Below, one piece after another: positions 1 through 12,731 of a stretch of DNA of 64,000 nucleotides. This DNA is from an uncultured Actinomycetota bacterium (lineage in GTDB: Bacteria; Actinomycetota; Actinomycetes; Propionibacteriales; Nocardioidaceae). The position numbers and the translations under genes were made by a program. Position 1 is the stretch's first letter. Each line of letters starts with the position of its first letter. The notes under the pieces are model-generated. The model searched no databases. It saw nothing but the letters and a program-made list of their open reading frames with translations, and was not told the DNA's origin. Where the stretch lies: NCBI GenBank assembly GCA_963815335.1, contig CAWFGL010000006.1, positions 161,610 through 225,609 on the forward strand, given 5' to 3'.

Positions 1-710
1 GGCTGGATGCGGCCGGCGAACAGGAGCACGTCGGCGTCGACCGGCAGGCCGAGACCGGCACGCGCCTCGGCGGAGGAGACCGGGCGGAACACGTCGAGGT
101 CGACGCCGGGGTGCACCACCTCGACCCGGCCGGGGTCCGCGTCGTACAGCTCGATGAGCTGCTTGGCCTCGATGTCGGTGTTCGCGATCAGCATGTCGGC
201 GGCCTCGACCACCTGCTCCTCGCCGATCAGCCGGGCCGCCGGCTCGGGGGTGTCGCCCTCGGCGAGCGCGTCGTTCTTGACCTTCGCCATCGTGTGCATC
301 GAGTGCACGAGCGGGACGCCCCAGCGGTCGCGGGCGAGCGCGCCGACCTGCCCGGACAGCCAGTAGTGCGAGTGGACGGCGTCGTAGTGGCCGAGCGGCT
401 GCGCGGCCTCGGCGCGGAGGACCTCGCGGGCGAACACGCAGAGCTGGGCGGGCAGCTCCTCCTTCGTGAGCCCCTCGAACGGGCCGGCGTGGATGTGCCG
501 GACCGTGATGCCGTCGGCGGGGTGCACCTCCGCCTCGAGCGTCGAACTGGTCGCGCGCGTGAAGACGTCGACCTCGAGTCCGCGGTGGACCAGTCGCTTG
601 GCGAGCTCGATGACGTAGACGTTCATGCCACCGGCGTCGCCAGTCCCGGGCTGGTCCAGTGGAGACGTGTGGAGGCTGATCATCGCCAGCCGCCGCAGGG
701 CGTCACCCAT
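1..710 (-). CDS. mshA: D-inositol-3-phosphate glycosyltransferase (mycothiol biosynthesis), runs off the window edge
   Basis: Manual minus-strand translation from ATG 710 gives [24 protein letters not shown]...[16 protein letters not shown]...[13 protein letters not shown], the MshA signatures. Absent from the ORF track because it is truncated. Confidence 0.93.
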   Translation of the reverse strand, partial: MGDALRRLAMISLHTSPLDQPGTGDAGGMNVYVIELAKRLVHRGLEVDVFTRATSSTLEAEVHPADGITVRHIHAGPFEGLTKEELPAQLCVFAREVLRAEAAQPLGHYDAVHSHYWLSGQVGALARDRWGVPLVHSMHTMAKVKNDALAEGDTPEPAARLIGEEQVVEAADMLIANTDIEAKQLIELYDADPGRVEVVHPGVDLDVFRPVSSAEARAGLGLPVDADVLLFAGRIQ

Positions 711-799
711 GCCGTGCCTTTCGTCCCGTCGGGCGTTCCGAGACTCAACACCCGAGTTCCCGGTCCGATTCCCGCCGGTACCCGAGACGCTACTGGGCG

Positions 800-1177
800 C
801 TACTTGGCGTGGCTCCCACGCCGGGCCTCGCGCTCGTCCTTGGGCACGCCGCCGAGCAGGGACGCCGCGCAGATGAGCGCCAGCGCCAGGCCGAAGCCGC
901 CGTCGACGACGTTGTCGGAGGTCTGCTCGTGCAGCACCGAGACCACCGCCCAGACGAGGAGCGGGAGGCAGCAGCCGACCAGGATGCGCAGCCACGGTGC
1001 GCCGGACACGAGCTCCGCACCCAGTCCGACCAGGGCGACGAGGACCAGGGCGATGCCGCCCCAGTAGAGCGCGTTGACGGCCGCCTCCGCCGCGTCGTAC
1101 TGGTTCACCGCGGCCTGACCGAGCAGGCAGAGGCCACCGGCGACGCCGGCGATCCTGATCAGCGTCCTCGTGGACAC
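800..1177 (-). CDS. Small integral membrane protein, about 4 TM segments
   Basis: 125-aa ORF with alternating hydrophobic segments and GC-rich third positions; no family recognised. Confidence 0.7.
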   Translation of the reverse strand: MSTRTLIRIAGVAGGLCLLGQAAVNQYDAAEAAVNALYWGGIALVLVALVGLGAELVSGAPWLRILVGCCLPLLVWAVVSVLHEQTSDNVVDGGFGLALALICAASLLGGVPKDEREARRGSHAK

Positions 1178-1288
1178 GGTCGATCACCTCCCCCGAGGTC
1201 CGTGCGGCTTCCGCGCGGACAGTGTGCCAGAGGCCACCGGCGAGGTGGGCGCGAACTCATCCCTTGGCGGGGGGACCAGAATGGGCCG

Positions 1289-2062
1289 GTGCCCACACCC
1301 ACGACCCCCGTCGCCGTCGTCACGGGAGCCAGCAGCGGGATCGGTGCCGCCACGGCCCGGCGCCTGGCCCAGGAGGGCTTCCACGTCGTGTGCGCCGCCC
1401 GGCGCGCCGACCGTGTCGAGGCCCTGGCCGGCGAGATCGGCGGCTCGGCCGTGGTCTGCGACGTCACCTCGGCCGCGTCGGTCGCCGGGCTCGCCGCGGC
1501 CGTCGGCGACCGCCTCGACGTGCTGGTCAACAACGCCGGTGGCGCCTTCGGCGCGTCGCCGGTGGCCGAGGCGGACGCCGAGGACTGGCGCGCGATGTAC
1601 GACGTCAACGTCATCGGCCTCATGCAGGTGACCCGGGCCCTGCTGCCCGCGCTGCTCGCCAGCGGCGCGGGAACCATCGTCAACGTCGGGTCGACCGCGG
1701 GCCGGATCGCCTACGAGGGCGGCGCCGGCTACACCGCCGCCAAGCACGGCACCAAGGTCGTCACCGAGACCCTGCGCCTCGAGCTCTGGGACCAGCCCGT
1801 CCGCGTCTGCGAGGTCGCGCCGGGCATGGTGCGCACCGACGAGTTCGCGCTGGTGCGGTTCGAGGGGGACGAGGAGAAGGCCGCCGCCGTCTACGCCGGG
1901 GTGGCCGAGCCGCTCGTCGCCGAGGACATCGCCGACGCGATCGGCTGGATGGTCACCCGGCCGCCGCACGTGAACGTCGACGAGCTGGTGATCAGGCCGC
2001 GGGCCCAGGCGGCCCAGCACAAGGTGCACCGTGTGCTCGACCAGGAGTCAGTGGAAGAGTGA
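1289..2062 (+). CDS. SDR family NAD(P)-dependent oxidoreductase
   Basis: VTGASSGIG, NNAG and YTAAK (YxxxK) motifs. GTG 1289 lies 6 nt after CAGAAT (leaderless -10). Confidence 0.92.
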   Translation: MPTPTTPVAVVTGASSGIGAATARRLAQEGFHVVCAARRADRVEALAGEIGGSAVVCDVTSAASVAGLAAAVGDRLDVLVNNAGGAFGASPVAEADAEDWRAMYDVNVIGLMQVTRALLPALLASGAGTIVNVGSTAGRIAYEGGAGYTAAKHGTKVVTETLRLELWDQPVRVCEVAPGMVRTDEFALVRFEGDEEKAAAVYAGVAEPLVAEDIADAIGWMVTRPPHVNVDELVIRPRAQAAQHKVHRVLDQESVEE

Positions 2063-2067
2063 GCCCC

Positions 2068-2769
2068 ATGGCGGAGATGCAGACCATCGGCCTCGTCGGC
2101 GGCATGAGCTGGGAGAGCAGCGCGGCCTACTACCGCGACCTCAACCTCGGCGTCCGGCGCCGGCTGGGCGGGCTCTCCTCCCCCAAGCTCGCGATCAGCA
2201 CCGTCGACTTCGCCCAGCTCACCGAGCTGGAGGACGCCGAGAAGTGGGACCAGATCGGCGTCCTGCTCGCCGATGCGGGCCGCAGCGTCGAGCGCGCCGG
2301 CGCCGACTTCCTGCTGCTCTGCACGACGACGTTCCACAAGGTCGCCGACCAGGTCGAGGCCGCCGTCGACATCCCGCTGCTGCACCTCGCCGACGTCGTC
2401 GCCGACGCCTGCAAGGCGGAGGGTGTCGGCACCGTCGGCTTCATCGGCACGACGGTCGCGATGTCCGACGGCTTCTTCACCGACCGGATGGAGACCCACG
2501 ACCTCGAGGTCGTCGTCCCGGACGCCGCCCACCACGAGTTCCTCAACAACGCCATCTACGAGGAGCTCGTGCACGGGCACGTCCTCGACCGGACCCGGCG
2601 CCGGGTCGTGGAGATCATCGACGAGCTCTGGGACGCCGGCGCCGAGGGCGTGCTCCTCGGCTGCACCGAGCTGGAGCTGCTGATCCACCAGGCCGACTGC
2701 AACATCCCGGTCTTCCCGTGCACGACGCTGCACGTGGAGGCGGCGCTGGACCGCGCGCTGGGCGCCTAG
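2068..2769 (+). CDS. Aspartate/glutamate racemase family protein (YgeA-like)
   Basis: IGLVGGMSWESSAAYY N-terminus; LLCTTT and LGCTE catalytic-Cys motifs. Confidence 0.9.
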   Translation: MAEMQTIGLVGGMSWESSAAYYRDLNLGVRRRLGGLSSPKLAISTVDFAQLTELEDAEKWDQIGVLLADAGRSVERAGADFLLLCTTTFHKVADQVEAAVDIPLLHLADVVADACKAEGVGTVGFIGTTVAMSDGFFTDRMETHDLEVVVPDAAHHEFLNNAIYEELVHGHVLDRTRRRVVEIIDELWDAGAEGVLLGCTELELLIHQADCNIPVFPCTTLHVEAALDRALGA

Positions 2770-3524
2770 GGCAGCCGGACCCGCACGTACCGGAACCCCA
2801 CCATCCGCTGGAACTGCCGCACGCCGTTGGTCTGCGCGCCCGGCGGCTCGGTGTCGAGCAGCCAGCGGACGCCCAGCGCCGCGAGCTCGCGCACGAGTGC
2901 GTGCGTGACCAGGTAGCGCGCGTCGCTGAACCGCGGCCCGCTGCCGAGCGTCCGGAAGTAGCGCAGCGTCGCGAGCGTGCCGTCGACCGGTGTCACCGAC
3001 AGCAGGATCGGCGTCCCCTCGACGTCCTCGGCGACCAGCCAGAGGTCGTGGTCAAGAAGGTCGCCGTTGTCGGGGTCCGGCACGACGTAGCGCGGGTCGG
3101 CGTGGCGCCGCTCCGCGTCGTCGGCCAGCCCCAGCAGCCGGCGCTTCTCCGCCGGGTCGGTGACCCGGTGCCAGGTGGTGCCGGCGCGCTCGGCGGCGCG
3201 GATCTTGCGGCGCAGCGTCTGGGCGCTGCTGCCGACGAGGTGGTCGTCGGGGTCCGGGGGAACGCCGAGGGCGGCGTTGCCGAGGACCCGGGCCGGGGTC
3301 CGGAGCGGGCCACGGCGGCCCACGACGTCCGTCACGGCCGCCCCGCCGGGCGTGGACGACGGGTCGGCGTCCACCACCGGGAGTGCCCGGATGGCCTGCA
3401 CGGCACGCCACAGGGCGACCGGGTGCCGGACGAGGTAGGGGGCACCGCGCCACGAGGAGTCGCGGTACTCGGTCCAGAACTCGGCGAGGCCGCGCTCGGA
3501 GTCGCGTGAGTCCTCGGTCACCAT
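2766..3524 (-). CDS. Hypothetical protein, possible GNAT-fold acyltransferase
   Basis: ORF from ATG 3524. The C-terminal pattern (ARYLVTHALVRELAALGVRWLLD...GVRQFQRMVGF) resembles GNAT motifs A/B. Confidence 0.55.
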   Translation of the reverse strand: MVTEDSRDSERGLAEFWTEYRDSSWRGAPYLVRHPVALWRAVQAIRALPVVDADPSSTPGGAAVTDVVGRRGPLRTPARVLGNAALGVPPDPDDHLVGSSAQTLRRKIRAAERAGTTWHRVTDPAEKRRLLGLADDAERRHADPRYVVPDPDNGDLLDHDLWLVAEDVEGTPILLSVTPVDGTLATLRYFRTLGSGPRFSDARYLVTHALVRELAALGVRWLLDTEPPGAQTNGVRQFQRMVGFRYVRVRLP

Positions 3525-3587
3525 GGCGTCGCAGAGCGTAGTCGGCGATGCGGGTCCGTCAGGCGACAACTCCTACAGTTGACCCTT

Positions 3588-5459
<1,872 letters not shown>

Positions 5460-5518
5460 GCATCCCCCTGGTCCGTAGGGACGATGCGGAGAAGGTCGTC
5501 AGCACCTAGGTTCTCCGC

Positions 5519-5845
5519 ATGAACGACAGCCTCATCGGCTTCGAGGACAGCTCGCTGATCCAGCAGTGGATGCTCACGATCTCGTTCCTCGGGCTCGCAC
5601 TCTTCTGCCTGCTCCGGCTGCGGTCGGGCGCCTACGCGGCCCTGGGCGCCGTCGGAGGTCTCGCCGGCGGCGTCTCGTCCGGTGTCTACGCCGTCGCGCT
5701 CGTCGAGAACCGCGACGGCAGCGCTTCGGACGTCCTGACCTGGCTGGTCAACCACCCGACCTGGTTCGACCTGGTCAGCTGGGGCGTCCCGCTCGGCGTT
5801 CTCCTGGTGGTCGCGTCCACCCTGGTCGACCGCGCATCGGTGTGA
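5519..5845 (+). CDS. Small membrane protein
   Basis: 108-aa ORF with 3 hydrophobic segments; ATG 6 nt after TAGGTT. Confidence 0.65.
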   Translation: MNDSLIGFEDSSLIQQWMLTISFLGLALFCLLRLRSGAYAALGAVGGLAGGVSSGVYAVALVENRDGSASDVLTWLVNHPTWFDLVSWGVPLGVLLVVASTLVDRASV

Positions 5846-5861
5846 GCATCGACCCATTTTG

Positions 5862-5875
5862 TGGGAGCGCTTCCA
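5862..5875. promoter_or_regulatory. CebR/CelR-type LacI operator (distal)
   Basis: TGGGAGCGCTTCCA, one mismatch from the established CebR/CelR box TGGGAGCGCTCCCA, upstream of the sugar ABC operon. Confidence 0.8.
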
Positions 5876-5916
5876 CATTCAACCACCGCGCTGACCTGCG
5901 ACTTCACGCTCAGCCC

Positions 5917-5945
5917 TTGACGCCACCTGTGACGGCTGGCACTGT
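5917..5945 (+). promoter_or_regulatory. Putative housekeeping-sigma promoter of the sugar ABC operon
   Basis: TTGACG (5917-5922), 17-nt spacer, CACTGT (5940-5945); flanked by the two operators. Confidence 0.5.
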
Positions 5946-5960
5946 GTGCGCCGTCACAGC

Positions 5961-5976
5961 GTGAGAGCGCTCTCAC
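5961..5976. promoter_or_regulatory. LacI-family operator (proximal)
   Basis: Perfect 16-bp palindrome GTGAGAGCGCTCTCAC with the LacI-type AGCGCT core, just downstream of the predicted -10. Confidence 0.8.
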
Positions 5977-6008
5977 ACCTCTCACGCCCAACCGGTAGGA
6001 GTAGCACC

Positions 6009-7286
6009 GTGCACCCACACCACATCCGGTCCCGGAGGACCGGCCTCGCCCTGGCCGCGGTCGCCGCCCTGGTCCTGGGCCTCACGACCGCCTGCGGCGA
6101 CGACGCCGACGGCGGCGACGACGACGGAGCCGTGACGATCACCGTCGCGACCTTCAACGAGTTCGGCTACGAGGACCTGATCGAGGAGTGGAACTCCAGC
6201 CACGACGACATCACGATCAAGCAGGTCAAGGTCGGCACCTGGGACGACGCCAAGGCCAACCTGTACACCAAGCTCGCCGCCGGCTCGGGGCTGTCGGACA
6301 TCGAGGCCATCGAGGGCGACGCGATCGCGGCCGTCCTGGCCGAGAGCGACGCGTTCGCCGACCTGAGCGACCCGGAGCTCGACGGTCGCTGGCTCGACTT
6401 CGTCGTCGAGAAGGGCACCAACAGCGACGGCGCCCTCATCGGCTACGGCACCGACGTCGGCCCGGAGGGCATCTGCTATCGCGCCGACCTGTTCGAGAAG
6501 GCCGGCCTGCCGACCGACCGCGCCGAGGTCGCGGCCCTGATGGGCACGTGGGACGACTACTTCGCCACCGGCGAGGAGTTCGTCGCCGCCGTCCCGGACA
6601 CCGCCTGGTACGACTCGTCCGGCGGTCTCGCCCAGGCGATGCTCAACCAGGTCGCCAACCCGTTCGAGACCGACGACGACGCGATCGAGACCGACAACCC
6701 CGAGCTCAAGGCGGTCTGGGACTCGGTCACCGGCAACGCCGAGTCGCTGTCGACCAAGCTCTCGCAGTGGGGTGACGACTGGACGGCGTCCTTCCAGAAC
6801 GACGGTTTCGCCACGATGGCCTGCCCCGGCTGGATGCTCGGCGTCATCGAGGGCAACTCGGAGGGCGTCGAGGGCTGGGACATCGCGGACGTCTTCCCCG
6901 GCGGCGGTGGCAACTGGGGCGGCTCGTACCTCACGGTGCCGGCGCAGGGCGACCACATCGAGGAGGCCACCGAGGTCGCCGCCTGGCTGACGGCCCCGGA
7001 GCAGCAGATCAAGGCGTTCAAGGCGAAGGGCACGTTCCCGAGCCAGGTGGAGGCCCTGTCCTCGCCGGACGTCACGGCCGCGGCGAACGCCTTCTTCAAC
7101 GACGCACCGGTCGGCGAGATCCTGGCCAACCGGGCCGAGGCCGTCTCGATCCAGCCGCACAAGGGCCCGAAGTACTCGGACATCCTCCAGGCCTTCCAGG
7201 CCGCGGTGCTCCGGGTCGACGACGGGTCGCAGTCGGCCGACGAGTCCTGGGACCAGTTCCAGACAGACGTCGCGGCGCTGGGCTGA
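6009..7286 (+). CDS. Sugar ABC transporter substrate-binding lipoprotein (CebE-like)
   Basis: Lipobox LTTAC, AGGAG RBS, GGGNWGGSYL motif; first gene of an SBP-permease-permease-GH1-LacI run. Confidence 0.92.
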   Translation: MHPHHIRSRRTGLALAAVAALVLGLTTACGDDADGGDDDGAVTITVATFNEFGYEDLIEEWNSSHDDITIKQVKVGTWDDAKANLYTKLAAGSGLSDIEAIEGDAIAAVLAESDAFADLSDPELDGRWLDFVVEKGTNSDGALIGYGTDVGPEGICYRADLFEKAGLPTDRAEVAALMGTWDDYFATGEEFVAAVPDTAWYDSSGGLAQAMLNQVANPFETDDDAIETDNPELKAVWDSVTGNAESLSTKLSQWGDDWTASFQNDGFATMACPGWMLGVIEGNSEGVEGWDIADVFPGGGGNWGGSYLTVPAQGDHIEEATEVAAWLTAPEQQIKAFKAKGTFPSQVEALSSPDVTAAANAFFNDAPVGEILANRAEAVSIQPHKGPKYSDILQAFQAAVLRVDDGSQSADESWDQFQTDVAALG

Positions 7287-7295
7287 CCAACCACA

Positions 7296-8315
7296 GTGCA
7301 CCAGTCCACGCCCGGCCACACCGACACCCGGGACGACGGCACCGCCTCGCCGTCGTCCCGGGTGACCGGTGACCCGGGCGCGCGGCCGACGCCACGGCTG
7401 ACGTGGCGTCAGCGGATCTCCCGGTGGGACGCGCGCCTGGCGCCGTACCTCTACATCTCGCCGTTCTTCGTCGTGTTCGCCGTGGTGGGCCTCTTCCCCC
7501 TGGCCTACACGGGCTACGTCTCGCTCCACGACTGGAGCCTGCTCGGCGGCAAGGGCGAGTTCGTCGGCCTGCAGAACTACCGGGACGTCCTCGACAACCC
7601 CTACTTCCTCAAGCAGACCGTCAACACGCTGAGCATCTTCGTGCTCTCCTCGGGCCCGCAGATCGTGTTCGCCGTGGTGCTGGCCGCGCTGCTCGACAAC
7701 CGGCTCCGCGGCCGCACCTGGTGGCGGATGGGCATCCTGCTGCCCTACGTCGTCTCGCCCGTCGCGGTCGCGATCATCTTCGGGAGCCTGTTCGGCGACC
7801 GCTACGGCCTGATCAACGAGCTCCTCAACGGGATCGGGCTCGACGGGATCGACTGGCACACGAACCGGTTCGCCAGCCACGTCGCGATCGCGACGATGGT
7901 GAACTGGCGCTGGACCGGGTTCAACGCCCTCATCTTCCTGGCCGCCATGCAGGCGGTCCCCCGCGACCTCTACGAGTCCGCGGAGATCGACGGCGCGAGC
8001 CGGGTGCGCCAGTTCCTGTCGGTCACCCTGCCGATGATCCGGCCGACGATGATCTTCGTCGTCATCACCTCGACCATCGGCGGGCTGCAGATCTTCGCCG
8101 AGCCGAGGCTGTTCGACGAGACGAACGCGCGCAACGGCGGCGCCGACCGCCAGTTCGGCACGATCACGATGCTCGTCTACGACTTCGGCTGGCAGCTGCG
8201 CGACCTCGGGCGCGCGTCGGCCACCGCGTGGATGCTCTTCCTGCTGATCCTGGTCCTGGCGCTGGTGAACTTCCTGCTCATCCGCCGGATCGGCAGCCTG
8301 GGGAGGAGCCGATGA
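7296..8315 (+). CDS. Carbohydrate ABC transporter permease (CebF-like)
   Basis: Multiple TM segments and EAA motif [11 protein letters not shown]. Confidence 0.93.
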   Translation: MHQSTPGHTDTRDDGTASPSSRVTGDPGARPTPRLTWRQRISRWDARLAPYLYISPFFVVFAVVGLFPLAYTGYVSLHDWSLLGGKGEFVGLQNYRDVLDNPYFLKQTVNTLSIFVLSSGPQIVFAVVLAALLDNRLRGRTWWRMGILLPYVVSPVAVAIIFGSLFGDRYGLINELLNGIGLDGIDWHTNRFASHVAIATMVNWRWTGFNALIFLAAMQAVPRDLYESAEIDGASRVRQFLSVTLPMIRPTMIFVVITSTIGGLQIFAEPRLFDETNARNGGADRQFGTITMLVYDFGWQLRDLGRASATAWMLFLLILVLALVNFLLIRRIGSLGRSR

Positions 8316-9130
8316 CCCGGCGTCCCGGCTTCGTGGTCTACGGGCTGCTGGCGGCGTTCCTGCTCGGCTCGGCCCTGCCGTTCTACTGGTCGTTCCTGCT
8401 CGGGTCGCACACCGCGGAGATCGCCGCCCAGGGCGTGCCGCCGCTGCTGCCCGGCGGCCACTTCCTCGACAACGCGAAGCGCGCCGTCGACACCATCCCG
8501 TTCTGGAAGGCCGTCGCGAACAGCGTCCTGGTCTCGTCGGTCGCGGCGACGTCGACGGTCGTCTTCGGGACGCTCGCCGGCTACGCGTTCGCCAAGCTGC
8601 GCTTCCGCGGCCGCGACGGCCTGCTGGGCTTCGTGGTCGCCACGATGGCGGTGCCGACCCAGCTGGGCGTGGTCCCGCTCTTCATCCTGATGTCCAAGCT
8701 CGGCTGGACGGGCACGACCTGGTCGGTGATGGTGCCGTCGCTCGTCACCGCGTTCGGCGTCTTCTTCATGCGCCAGTACCTCGTGGACGCGGTGCCCGAC
8801 GAGCTCATCGAGGCCGCCCGCATCGACGGGTGCTCGCAGATCCGGGTCGTCCTGCACGTCGTCGCGCCGGCCGCCAAGCCCGCCGCGGCCATCCTGTGGC
8901 TGTTCACGTTCATGGCCACGTGGACGGACTTCTTCTGGCCGCTGATCGCCCTGCCGGCCGACAACCCCACCATCCAGGTGGCGCTCAACCAGCTCCAGAG
9001 CGGCTTCTTCAAGGACTACAGCCTCGTCCTCGCGGGCACGACGCTGGCCACCCTGCCGCTCCTGGTCCTCTTCGTCCTCACCGGCCGCCAGCTCGTGGCC
9101 GGCATCATGCAAGGAGCCGTCAAGGGATGA
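8312..9130 (+). CDS. Carbohydrate ABC transporter permease (CebG-like)
   Basis: [14 protein letters not shown] motif; ATGA overlap with the upstream permease. Confidence 0.93.
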   Translation: MTRRPGFVVYGLLAAFLLGSALPFYWSFLLGSHTAEIAAQGVPPLLPGGHFLDNAKRAVDTIPFWKAVANSVLVSSVAATSTVVFGTLAGYAFAKLRFRGRDGLLGFVVATMAVPTQLGVVPLFILMSKLGWTGTTWSVMVPSLVTAFGVFFMRQYLVDAVPDELIEAARIDGCSQIRVVLHVVAPAAKPAAAILWLFTFMATWTDFFWPLIALPADNPTIQVALNQLQSGFFKDYSLVLAGTTLATLPLLVLFVLTGRQLVAGIMQGAVKG

Positions 9131-10593
9131 CCGACCTCAGCACCCGCCCAGGACCGGAGCAGTCCGAGGACGCCGACCTCGCGTTCCCGGCCGGCTTCCT
9201 CTGGGGCGCCGCCACCGCGTCGTTCCAGATCGAGGGCGCCGTCGACGAGGACGGCCGCAGCCCGTCGATCTGGGACACCTTCAGCCGGGTCCCCGGCGCC
9301 GTGGTCGACGGCGACACCGGAGACGTGGCGTGCGACCACTACCACCGGATGCCGCAGGACGTCGCGCTCATGACCGAGCTGAACCTGGCGTCGTACCGCT
9401 TCTCGGTGGCCTGGGGACGCGTGCGCCCGGACGGCGGCGCCGTCGACCAGCGCGGCCTGGACTTCTACCGGCGGCTCGTGGACGAGCTCAACGACGCGGG
9501 CATCGCGCCGTGGCTGACGCTCTACCACTGGGACCTGCCGCAGGCGCTCGAGGACGCCGGCGGCTGGACCAACCGGGACACGGCCTACCGGTTCGCCGAG
9601 TACGCCGCCTCCGTGCACGAGGCGATCGGTGACCGGGTCCCGGTCTGGACGACGTTCAACGAGCCGTGGTGCTCGGCGTTCCTCGGCTACACCGGCGGCC
9701 AGCACGCACCGGGCCGGCAGGAGGGCGTCGCGGGCCTCGTCGCCGCCCACCACCTGCTGCTGGGTCACGGGCTCGTCGTGGACGCGCTGCGGAGCCAGGG
9801 CGCCGACAACGAGCTCGGCATCACCCTCAACTTCACGGTCGCCGACCCGCACGACCCCGCGGACGAGGCCGACGTGGACGCCGCCCGGCGCATCGACGCG
9901 CTGCACAACCGGGTCTTCCTGGACCCCGTGCTCCGGGGCGCCTACCCCGCCGACCTGCTGGCCGACACCGCTCACCTGCCGTGGCACGGCAGCGCGTGGA
10001 CCGACGTCGTCCGGGACGGCGACCTGGAGCTCATCAGCACCCCCCTCGACGCGCTCGGCGTGAACTACTACAAGGGCGACTCCGTCTCGGGCCGCGCCCA
10101 CGACGCCGTCACCGGCGCCGACGCGGCCCACGCCGAGCGCGCCACCTCCACCCCGTTCGTCGGCTGCGAGGACATCACCTTCCCGAGCCGTGGGCTGCCC
10201 GTGACCGACATGGGCTGGGAGGTCCAGCCCGAGGGGTTGACCCGCCTGCTGGTCCGGCTGGCGCGCGAGTACGACGCGCCGCCGATGTTCGTCACCGAGA
10301 ACGGCGCGGCCTACGTCGACGTCGTCGGGCCCGACGGGTCGGTCCACGACCCGGAGCGGATCGCGTACGTCGACGCGCACCTGCGCGCGGTGCACGCGGC
10401 GGTCGAGCAGGGCGCCGACGTGCGCGGCTACTTCTGCTGGTCGCTGCTGGACAACTTCGAGTGGGCCTACGGCTATGCCAAGCGGTTCGGGCTCGTGCAC
10501 GTCGACTACGAGACGCTGGAGCGCCGTCCCAAGGACAGCGCCCGCTGGTACGCCGGCGTCGCGGCTCGCAACGGTCTCGGATCGGTACCGTGA
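9127..10593 (+). CDS. GH1 beta-glucosidase (BglC-like)
   Basis: [20 protein letters not shown] (acid/base), VTENG (nucleophile) and SLLDNFEW motifs. Confidence 0.96.
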   Translation: MTDLSTRPGPEQSEDADLAFPAGFLWGAATASFQIEGAVDEDGRSPSIWDTFSRVPGAVVDGDTGDVACDHYHRMPQDVALMTELNLASYRFSVAWGRVRPDGGAVDQRGLDFYRRLVDELNDAGIAPWLTLYHWDLPQALEDAGGWTNRDTAYRFAEYAASVHEAIGDRVPVWTTFNEPWCSAFLGYTGGQHAPGRQEGVAGLVAAHHLLLGHGLVVDALRSQGADNELGITLNFTVADPHDPADEADVDAARRIDALHNRVFLDPVLRGAYPADLLADTAHLPWHGSAWTDVVRDGDLELISTPLDALGVNYYKGDSVSGRAHDAVTGADAAHAERATSTPFVGCEDITFPSRGLPVTDMGWEVQPEGLTRLLVRLAREYDAPPMFVTENGAAYVDVVGPDGSVHDPERIAYVDAHLRAVHAAVEQGADVRGYFCWSLLDNFEWAYGYAKRFGLVHVDYETLERRPKDSARWYAGVAARNGLGSVP

Positions 10594-11603
10594 CGGGCGT
10601 GTCGCCCACGCTCGAGGAGGTCGCCCGGCTCGCCGGCGTCTCCCGGGCGACCGCGTCACGCGCGATCAACGGCGGCAACCGGGTCAGCCCCCAGGCGCAG
10701 AACGCCGTCGACGAGGCCGTCCGCGCGCTCGGCTACACGCCGAACCCGGCGGCCCGCAGCCTGGTCACCCGGCGCACCGACTCCGTGGCCCTCGTGGTCC
10801 CCGAGCCCGACGAGCGGGTCTTCTCCGACCCGTTCTTCGCCAGCACGCTGCGCGGCGTCTCGCGGGTCCTGACCGAGCGGGACATCCAGCTGGTGCTCCT
10901 GATGGCCCGGCCGGGGCCGGAGGAGCAGCGGATGCTGCGCTACCTGCGCAACCGGCACGTCGACGGCGCCCTCGTGGTCTCGCACCACGAGGCCGACTCG
11001 CTGGCCGACCACCTCGCCGCCCTCGACCTGCCGTGCGCCTTCGTCGGCCGCCCGTGGTCCAGCGCCGAGCGGGTGTCCTACGTCGACACCGACAACGTGG
11101 CCGGGTCGCGGCTCGCCACCCAGGCGCTGGTCGACCGCGGCTGCCGACGGATCGGCGCGATCGCCGGACCGGCGGACATGACCGCCGGCCAGGACCGGCT
11201 CGCCGGCTTCCAGGAGGCGATGGCCGCGGCGGGGCTGCCCGCCGACGCCGTGATCCACGGGGACTTCACCGAGCGGGGCGGCGAGTCCGCGGCGGCCTCC
11301 CTCCTGGCCGACCACGCCGACATCGACGGTCTGGTCGTGGCCTCGGACCTGATGGCGCTCGGCGCGCTGCGGCACCTCTCGGTCGCCGGCCGCACGGTGC
11401 CGGACGACGTGGCGGTGGTCGGCTACGACGACCTCGGCGTGGCCGAGACGGCCGACCCGCCGCTCACGACCGTGCGCAACCCGATCGTGGAGATGGCCGA
11501 GCAGGCCACCCGGCTGCTGCTCGAGCAGGTCGACGGCGGCCGCGGCGCCCAGGCGATGCGCGTCATCTTCCCGCCGGCGCTCGTGCGGCGTACCAGCGCC
11601 TGA
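10590..11603 (+). CDS. LacI family repressor (CebR/CelR-like)
   Basis: [35 protein letters not shown] hinge, VVGYDD; last gene of the operon. Confidence 0.93.
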   Translation: MTGVSPTLEEVARLAGVSRATASRAINGGNRVSPQAQNAVDEAVRALGYTPNPAARSLVTRRTDSVALVVPEPDERVFSDPFFASTLRGVSRVLTERDIQLVLLMARPGPEEQRMLRYLRNRHVDGALVVSHHEADSLADHLAALDLPCAFVGRPWSSAERVSYVDTDNVAGSRLATQALVDRGCRRIGAIAGPADMTAGQDRLAGFQEAMAAAGLPADAVIHGDFTERGGESAAASLLADHADIDGLVVASDLMALGALRHLSVAGRTVPDDVAVVGYDDLGVAETADPPLTTVRNPIVEMAEQATRLLLEQVDGGRGAQAMRVIFPPALVRRTSA

Positions 11604-11620
11604 CGCCCTACCCTCCTCGG

Positions 11621-12703
11621 GTGGAGCAGGACACGGGGACCACACAGCGAGTCGACCACCTGGACGGCGTGCGCGCGCTCGCCATCGGCTGCGTCCTGGG
11701 CGTGCACTGGGTCGGCCAGTACGCCCCGGTCGGCCGTGGCGGCCCCATCGGCGTCGACATCTTCTTCGTGCTCAGCGGCTTCATCATCACCACGATCCTG
11801 TGGACCTGGCGCGGTGACGGGAGCCTCGGCCGGCAGGTCGGGGCGTTCCTCCGGCGCCGGTTCCGGCGGCTCTACCCGGCGCTCATCGGGCTCTGCCTCC
11901 TGACGCCGCCGATCTGGCTGCTGCTCCCCGAGCCGCCGTTCGCCGACGCCGACGTGATCGAGCGGAGCGGCCTCGCACTGGTGCAGCTGACCTGGCTCCC
12001 CGAGACGCTCGACCACACGATGGACCCGTTCCGGCAGACGTGGTCACTGGCCATCGAGTGGTACTTCTACCTGCTCTGGGCGCCGCTCGTGCTGTGGGTC
12101 CGGCACCGGGTCGGCCCCCTGACCCTGCTCCGGTGGGTCGTGCCGGTGGCCGTGGCCCTCTACGTCGTCCCGGCGCTCGTCCTCGACACCAACGCGTTCT
12201 ACTTCGGGCCACTGCCGCGGTTCGGCGAGATCCTCGCCGGCGCCGCTCTCGCCCTGTTCGCCCGGTCCCGTGCCGACGGCCTGCGCGGGCTGCGCGTCCC
12301 GCACTGGCTCGTCTGCGCGGTCATCGCGGTCATCGCGGTGTACGTCCTGGTGGCTCCCGACCCGAAGAACGACGTGCGCTGGGTCGGCATCCCGATCGCC
12401 GTGGCCGGCGCCCTCGTCCTGGTCGCGGCCGGGTACGCCGGCACCGAGGGCCCGGCGATGCGGCTCCTCAGATGGGGGCCGGTCACCGCGCTCGGCCGCG
12501 TGAGCTACAGCCTGTACCTCTGGCACGTGCTGCCGCTCTACCTGCTGGACAAGGACCAGATCGCGCTGCCGACGCCGGTGCTGGGCCTCCTCGGCGTGGG
12601 CATGGCGTGCCTGTTCACGTGGCTGAGCTACGTGTTCCTGGAACGACCGTTCGTGACCAGCCGCAGCGACGCGCTCGCCCCGGCGGCGGTGCAGCGCGCC
12701 TGA
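11621..12703 (+). CDS. Acyltransferase 3 family membrane O-acyltransferase
   Basis: LDGVRALA, GVDIFFVLSGF, RRFRRLYP, WSLAIEWYFY and SYSLYLWH motifs. Confidence 0.92.
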   Translation: MEQDTGTTQRVDHLDGVRALAIGCVLGVHWVGQYAPVGRGGPIGVDIFFVLSGFIITTILWTWRGDGSLGRQVGAFLRRRFRRLYPALIGLCLLTPPIWLLLPEPPFADADVIERSGLALVQLTWLPETLDHTMDPFRQTWSLAIEWYFYLLWAPLVLWVRHRVGPLTLLRWVVPVAVALYVVPALVLDTNAFYFGPLPRFGEILAGAALALFARSRADGLRGLRVPHWLVCAVIAVIAVYVLVAPDPKNDVRWVGIPIAVAGALVLVAAGYAGTEGPAMRLLRWGPVTALGRVSYSLYLWHVLPLYLLDKDQIALPTPVLGLLGVGMACLFTWLSYVFLERPFVTSRSDALAPAAVQRA

Positions 12704-12731
12704 CCGCGGCCCGATCTGCCACGATCCACCC

